A stretch of DNA of 39,381 bases. Source: an uncultured bacterium (GTDB lineage Bacteria; CSSED10-310; CAZUFC01). The DNA lies in contig CAZUFC010000082.1 of NCBI GenBank assembly GCA_964619725.1, forward strand, positions 1 through 39,381, given 5' to 3'. The notes under the pieces were generated by a model, which was not told the origin of the DNA, ran no database searches, and saw nothing but the letters and a program-made list of their open reading frames with translations. Shown in pieces: positions 36,321 to 39,381 of this stretch (positions are counted from its first letter, which is position 1; each line of letters opens with the position of its first letter). The position numbers and the translations under genes are program-made.

Positions 36321-38912
36321 TCAAAGCCCGTCAGCCCGGTTAATCATCTCAAGCGCTGCCTGGAGCATCTGCCGCAGTTCGCGATTGCGGGGATTCTGTT
36401 CCAGTCCTGTTTTATAGGTTTCCAATTCTTCGGAATACCGTCCGGCAGAGTGATGAATCTGCCCTTCCCACAATTTAAGAGCATCCTGAGAATATTGTTC
36501 GATGGTATCGACGGTAATTTCGTATAATCGCGTATTATCGGGCAAATTGTGCAGGTATGGCAGGGGCAATTCCCTGTATTGCAGAAGGGATTGCATATTA
36601 AGCGCAAAATTGCCGTAGCTGAGGCTGCCGGGTCCAGCGTAATCCAGTATGGGATGGAGGTCGGAGACGATGCTTCCCTCTTCGGCGAATTTCACCCACG
36701 ATTTCTCTCCGAACACGAAACAGGCCAGGATATTTTCAACGCGATTAAGGTTCTGGTCGATCAGGTCCTGGTTGATTTCACTCTTAAAAAGCAGTGACTG
36801 CATACGGCGAAAGTCGATGCCCGAAGAGTTCTTACGGCCGGTCATAATGCCGTGGCTGAAACCGATCCAGAGCATGGGGTCTTCAAAGACTTCACCGAAA
36901 GTTTTCAATATGGACTGCAGGTGATGGGGCGTCAATTTATGAAAAGGAAGGTATTCGGCGAAAACGCCGTCGTCATTAAGGCGCCGGTAAGCCTGCCGGT
37001 AGAATTCGATGGTGTAGAGGGCCCCGGAGCCCAGGTTGGGATGGGTAGGATCGCAGGTTATGATATCGTATGTTTCATCGGAAGCAGCCAGGAACAATCG
37101 TCCGTCTTCGATAGTGACGTCAAGCCGCGGATCGGTAAGCACGGCATCATTATGCTCTTCGAAGTAGGCTGCCGCTTCAATGATAGGTTCGACTATTTCC
37201 ACGGCATCTATTTCAGCGAGCGGATGCTTCGCCAGCGCCGAAGTAGTAACGCCGATACCGAAACCTATAACCAGGGCTGATACCGGTTCAGGATGCAGAA
37301 AAGCGGGGAGGTGACCGAGCAGTTTTACGGTCTTCAGCGCATCATAAGAGGTCCCGCAAACAGAGCTGTTGTCGGTAAAGCAGTTACGGACGTCATTGGA
37401 CATGTCTTCCACAACGGTCACTATGCCTGTGGAGGATTCTTCGTGAAAAAGAATCTTATCCTCCCGCACATCCGTCCGGAAAATAGAAGGCGGAACAGGA
37501 AAAGGATGTGAGGGCCGGAAAAACGTCCAGGCAAAGATTTGCATAAGTATCAGAGCAACAGGGGCAAATCTCAATATTGGTCTTTTTCGGGAAGGGGATA
37601 ATGCAGAGGTAATAAGGATAGCTGCTGCAGAGCATATCAGAACGATAATGCCCAGAGAATTACGCAGTCCGAAGGCAGGTATCAGCAGGAATCCGGCAGA
37701 CAAAGCCCCGACGACCGAACCCAGGGTATTCACGCCGTAACCCAGTCCTGTTCCCCAGCCGAGTTTTCGGGTATAGGCTCCGTATTCGGATACGGCAGCG
37801 GGAAATATGAAGCCCAGAAGCGTAACGGGTATAAAAAAAGCGATGAAGGAGAGGACAAGCGGAGGAAGCAGAAAACGGTTGAAGGGATCGAGGAGAAGGC
37901 TGCGTATCGAATAAAGCGCAGCAGGCATGAAATGAGCTGTAGAAGCCAGGATGAAGATATAAAAAGCTGGTAAAGCAAAGAAATATCCAAGGTAATAAAC
38001 GGGGAATTTTCTTTTTTTCCAAACATGAGAGTATATCAGAGCGCCGAAGGTCAATCCGGCAAGGAACAGGGACAGCATAACAGCGAAAGAAGCCGTGGAA
38101 TTGCGCAGGTAGACGGCCAGTATACGGCTACAGAGCGTTTCCAGGGCCAGAACGACGGCGCCGGAAAAGAACAGGGCCGAAAGAAGCGCTGCTCCGTAGA
38201 ACGGGGATAACGTCGCCGGGGTGGAAGGCTCCTGATGAGCAATTTCATCCGGGTAATGCAGAGTCGAAGGACCGGCCGATTCAGCCAGAACAAGACTGAC
38301 CAGACCGATCAGCACATTGAGAGTAACGGCTAATGCCGTAGAGTAAACCATGCCCCAGCCGCCGATAAGAAAAAGCCCTGCCGACAGAGCTCCCAGAACT
38401 GCGCCGGCAGTGTTCAGAGCATAAAAAAGCGATATGGGTCGGTGTATCTGACCGGAATAGCTGGCGGCCCAGCGAGCGATAAAAGGAAACGAAGCCCCCA
38501 TGAGAAATGTAGGGATCATCACCAGGACAAAAGAAAGAAAAAACCGGAAAAAACGGAAAGAAAAGGAATCGACAAACTGAGAATCAAAAAAACCAAACCA
38601 GACTGAGGGAAAAACATAAATAAAAAAGGTAGTAAGTCCGGCCAGCGCTCCCAGAAGTATCTCAATAAAACCGTACCAGCGAAGAGGAGAAGAAGCGGAC
38701 TGAGCCCACCGTCCGCCAAGTATCCCCCCGAAGCCAAGCCCGCACATGAAAGCAGCAAGAATAACGCTCTGAGCCGCCACTCCCGATCCAAAACTGAGCG
38801 TAAGCGACCGCGCCCAGACAGTCTCATAAACCAACCCGCAAAACCCGGACAAAAAATAAACAAACCCAACCGCGGACATAACAAATCTGAATGACTGCCT
38901 GGAACCGTTCAT
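36321..38912 (-). CDS. Fused multi-TM (MFS-like) / spermidine synthase-like SAM-dependent transferase with C-terminal TPR-like tail
   Basis: SGFCGLVYE, two NT.G...G repeats across many TM helices, then LVIGFGIGVT, AVEI, EDGR, YDII.CDP, LYTIEFY. ATG 38912 with GGGAG RBS (ORF track 38966). Confidence 0.85.
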   Translation of the reverse strand: MNGSRQSFRFVMSAVGFVYFLSGFCGLVYETVWARSLTLSFGSGVAAQSVILAAFMCGLGFGGILGGRWAQSASSPLRWYGFIEILLGALAGLTTFFIYVFPSVWFGFFDSQFVDSFSFRFFRFFLSFVLVMIPTFLMGASFPFIARWAASYSGQIHRPISLFYALNTAGAVLGALSAGLFLIGGWGMVYSTALAVTLNVLIGLVSLVLAESAGPSTLHYPDEIAHQEPSTPATLSPFYGAALLSALFFSGAVVLALETLCSRILAVYLRNSTASFAVMLSLFLAGLTFGALIYSHVWKKRKFPVYYLGYFFALPAFYIFILASTAHFMPAALYSIRSLLLDPFNRFLLPPLVLSFIAFFIPVTLLGFIFPAAVSEYGAYTRKLGWGTGLGYGVNTLGSVVGALSAGFLLIPAFGLRNSLGIIVLICSAAAILITSALSPSRKRPILRFAPVALILMQIFAWTFFRPSHPFPVPPSIFRTDVREDKILFHEESSTGIVTVVEDMSNDVRNCFTDNSSVCGTSYDALKTVKLLGHLPAFLHPEPVSALVIGFGIGVTTSALAKHPLAEIDAVEIVEPIIEAAAYFEEHNDAVLTDPRLDVTIEDGRLFLAASDETYDIITCDPTHPNLGSGALYTIEFYRQAYRRLNDDGVFAEYLPFHKLTPHHLQSILKTFGEVFEDPMLWIGFSHGIMTGRKNSSGIDFRRMQSLLFKSEINQDLIDQNLNRVENILACFVFGEKSWVKFAEEGSIVSDLHPILDYAGPGSLSYGNFALNMQSLLQYRELPLPYLHNLPDNTRLYEITVDTIEQYSQDALKLWEGQIHHSAGRYSEELETYKTGLEQNPRNRELRQMLQAALEMINRADGL

Positions 38913-39381
38913 AAAAACAACTCCCTGAAAAAAACCCAATGTAATGTAACACGCAAAATCCGCCAAGGAAAGAAAAGGAAGCCGAATACCGGATGCGGGA
39001 CGGCGGGTCCATAAGTATCAAGAGATCGGCATTTCGCTTGCCTATGGGACTGCACAAAGCCGGCATGAACGCGGCAGGATGCCGCGTCTACTTTTAGAAA
39101 ACATTCAAAAAAGCTGAACTAAATAAAAACGGCATCCGGCCGCTTTCCCAGAGCGCTTTCAATAACCCATATCGAAAATATGACTCGGTGAATCTCGATG
39201 AATATAAATCCGTCCATTTTTCCACGTGTTATGCTGAAGTCCTTCCGCTGCAATCCAACCAATCAGCACGTCAACCGGCATTATCCGATTGTTGCCCGAC
39301 GATATGTCACTGGGAGCGCAGGCTTCATGGTTTTCAACTATTTACATAGGGTAAAAAGCATGGTGTGCTTCTCGTGAGGAG

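Noticed and set aside
38967-39381. Gene or RNA at the right edge of the window
   Set aside because: No convincing ORF or recognisable RNA motif could be supported from the available sequence.

Overview
About 39 kb of bacterial chromosome, mostly housekeeping and cell-envelope genes. In order: addB-addA; an ECF sigma/zinc anti-sigma/rhodanese/DoxX-MauE module; an AAA ATPase-wHTH-PD-(D/E)XK gene; a phosphoribosyltransferase; a B12-binding radical SAM enzyme; an FG-GAP surface protein; a GT39/PMT-like glycosyltransferase; an SGNH hydrolase; metV-metF; a sulfatase-like protein; a PAS histidine kinase; thiC; rsmG plus two Get3/ArsA-like ATPases; proS; a membrane-anchored SMC/Rad50-like ATPase; tRNA-Val and tRNA-Asp; tatA; and a fused membrane/spermidine-synthase protein. 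The most unusual signal is non-coding: many intergenic gaps carry members of an interlocking, modular repeat system. (i) Five full 144-217 bp elements have imperfect terminal inverted repeats (GGCATTGATCAAA...TTTGATCAGTCC) around a variable-length CGANNN hexamer tract. (ii) A second element class shares the same end but has different cargo. (iii) A 34-bp REP-like unit punctuates a ~730 bp mosaic array (R-A-R-B-R-B-R-A-R-B). Two same-orientation copies of element (i) bracket the ATPase-nuclease gene, whose promoter abuts a 30-bp palindrome. No transposase, integrase or cas gene is visible. All functional calls come from motif recognition by eye, not database searches.
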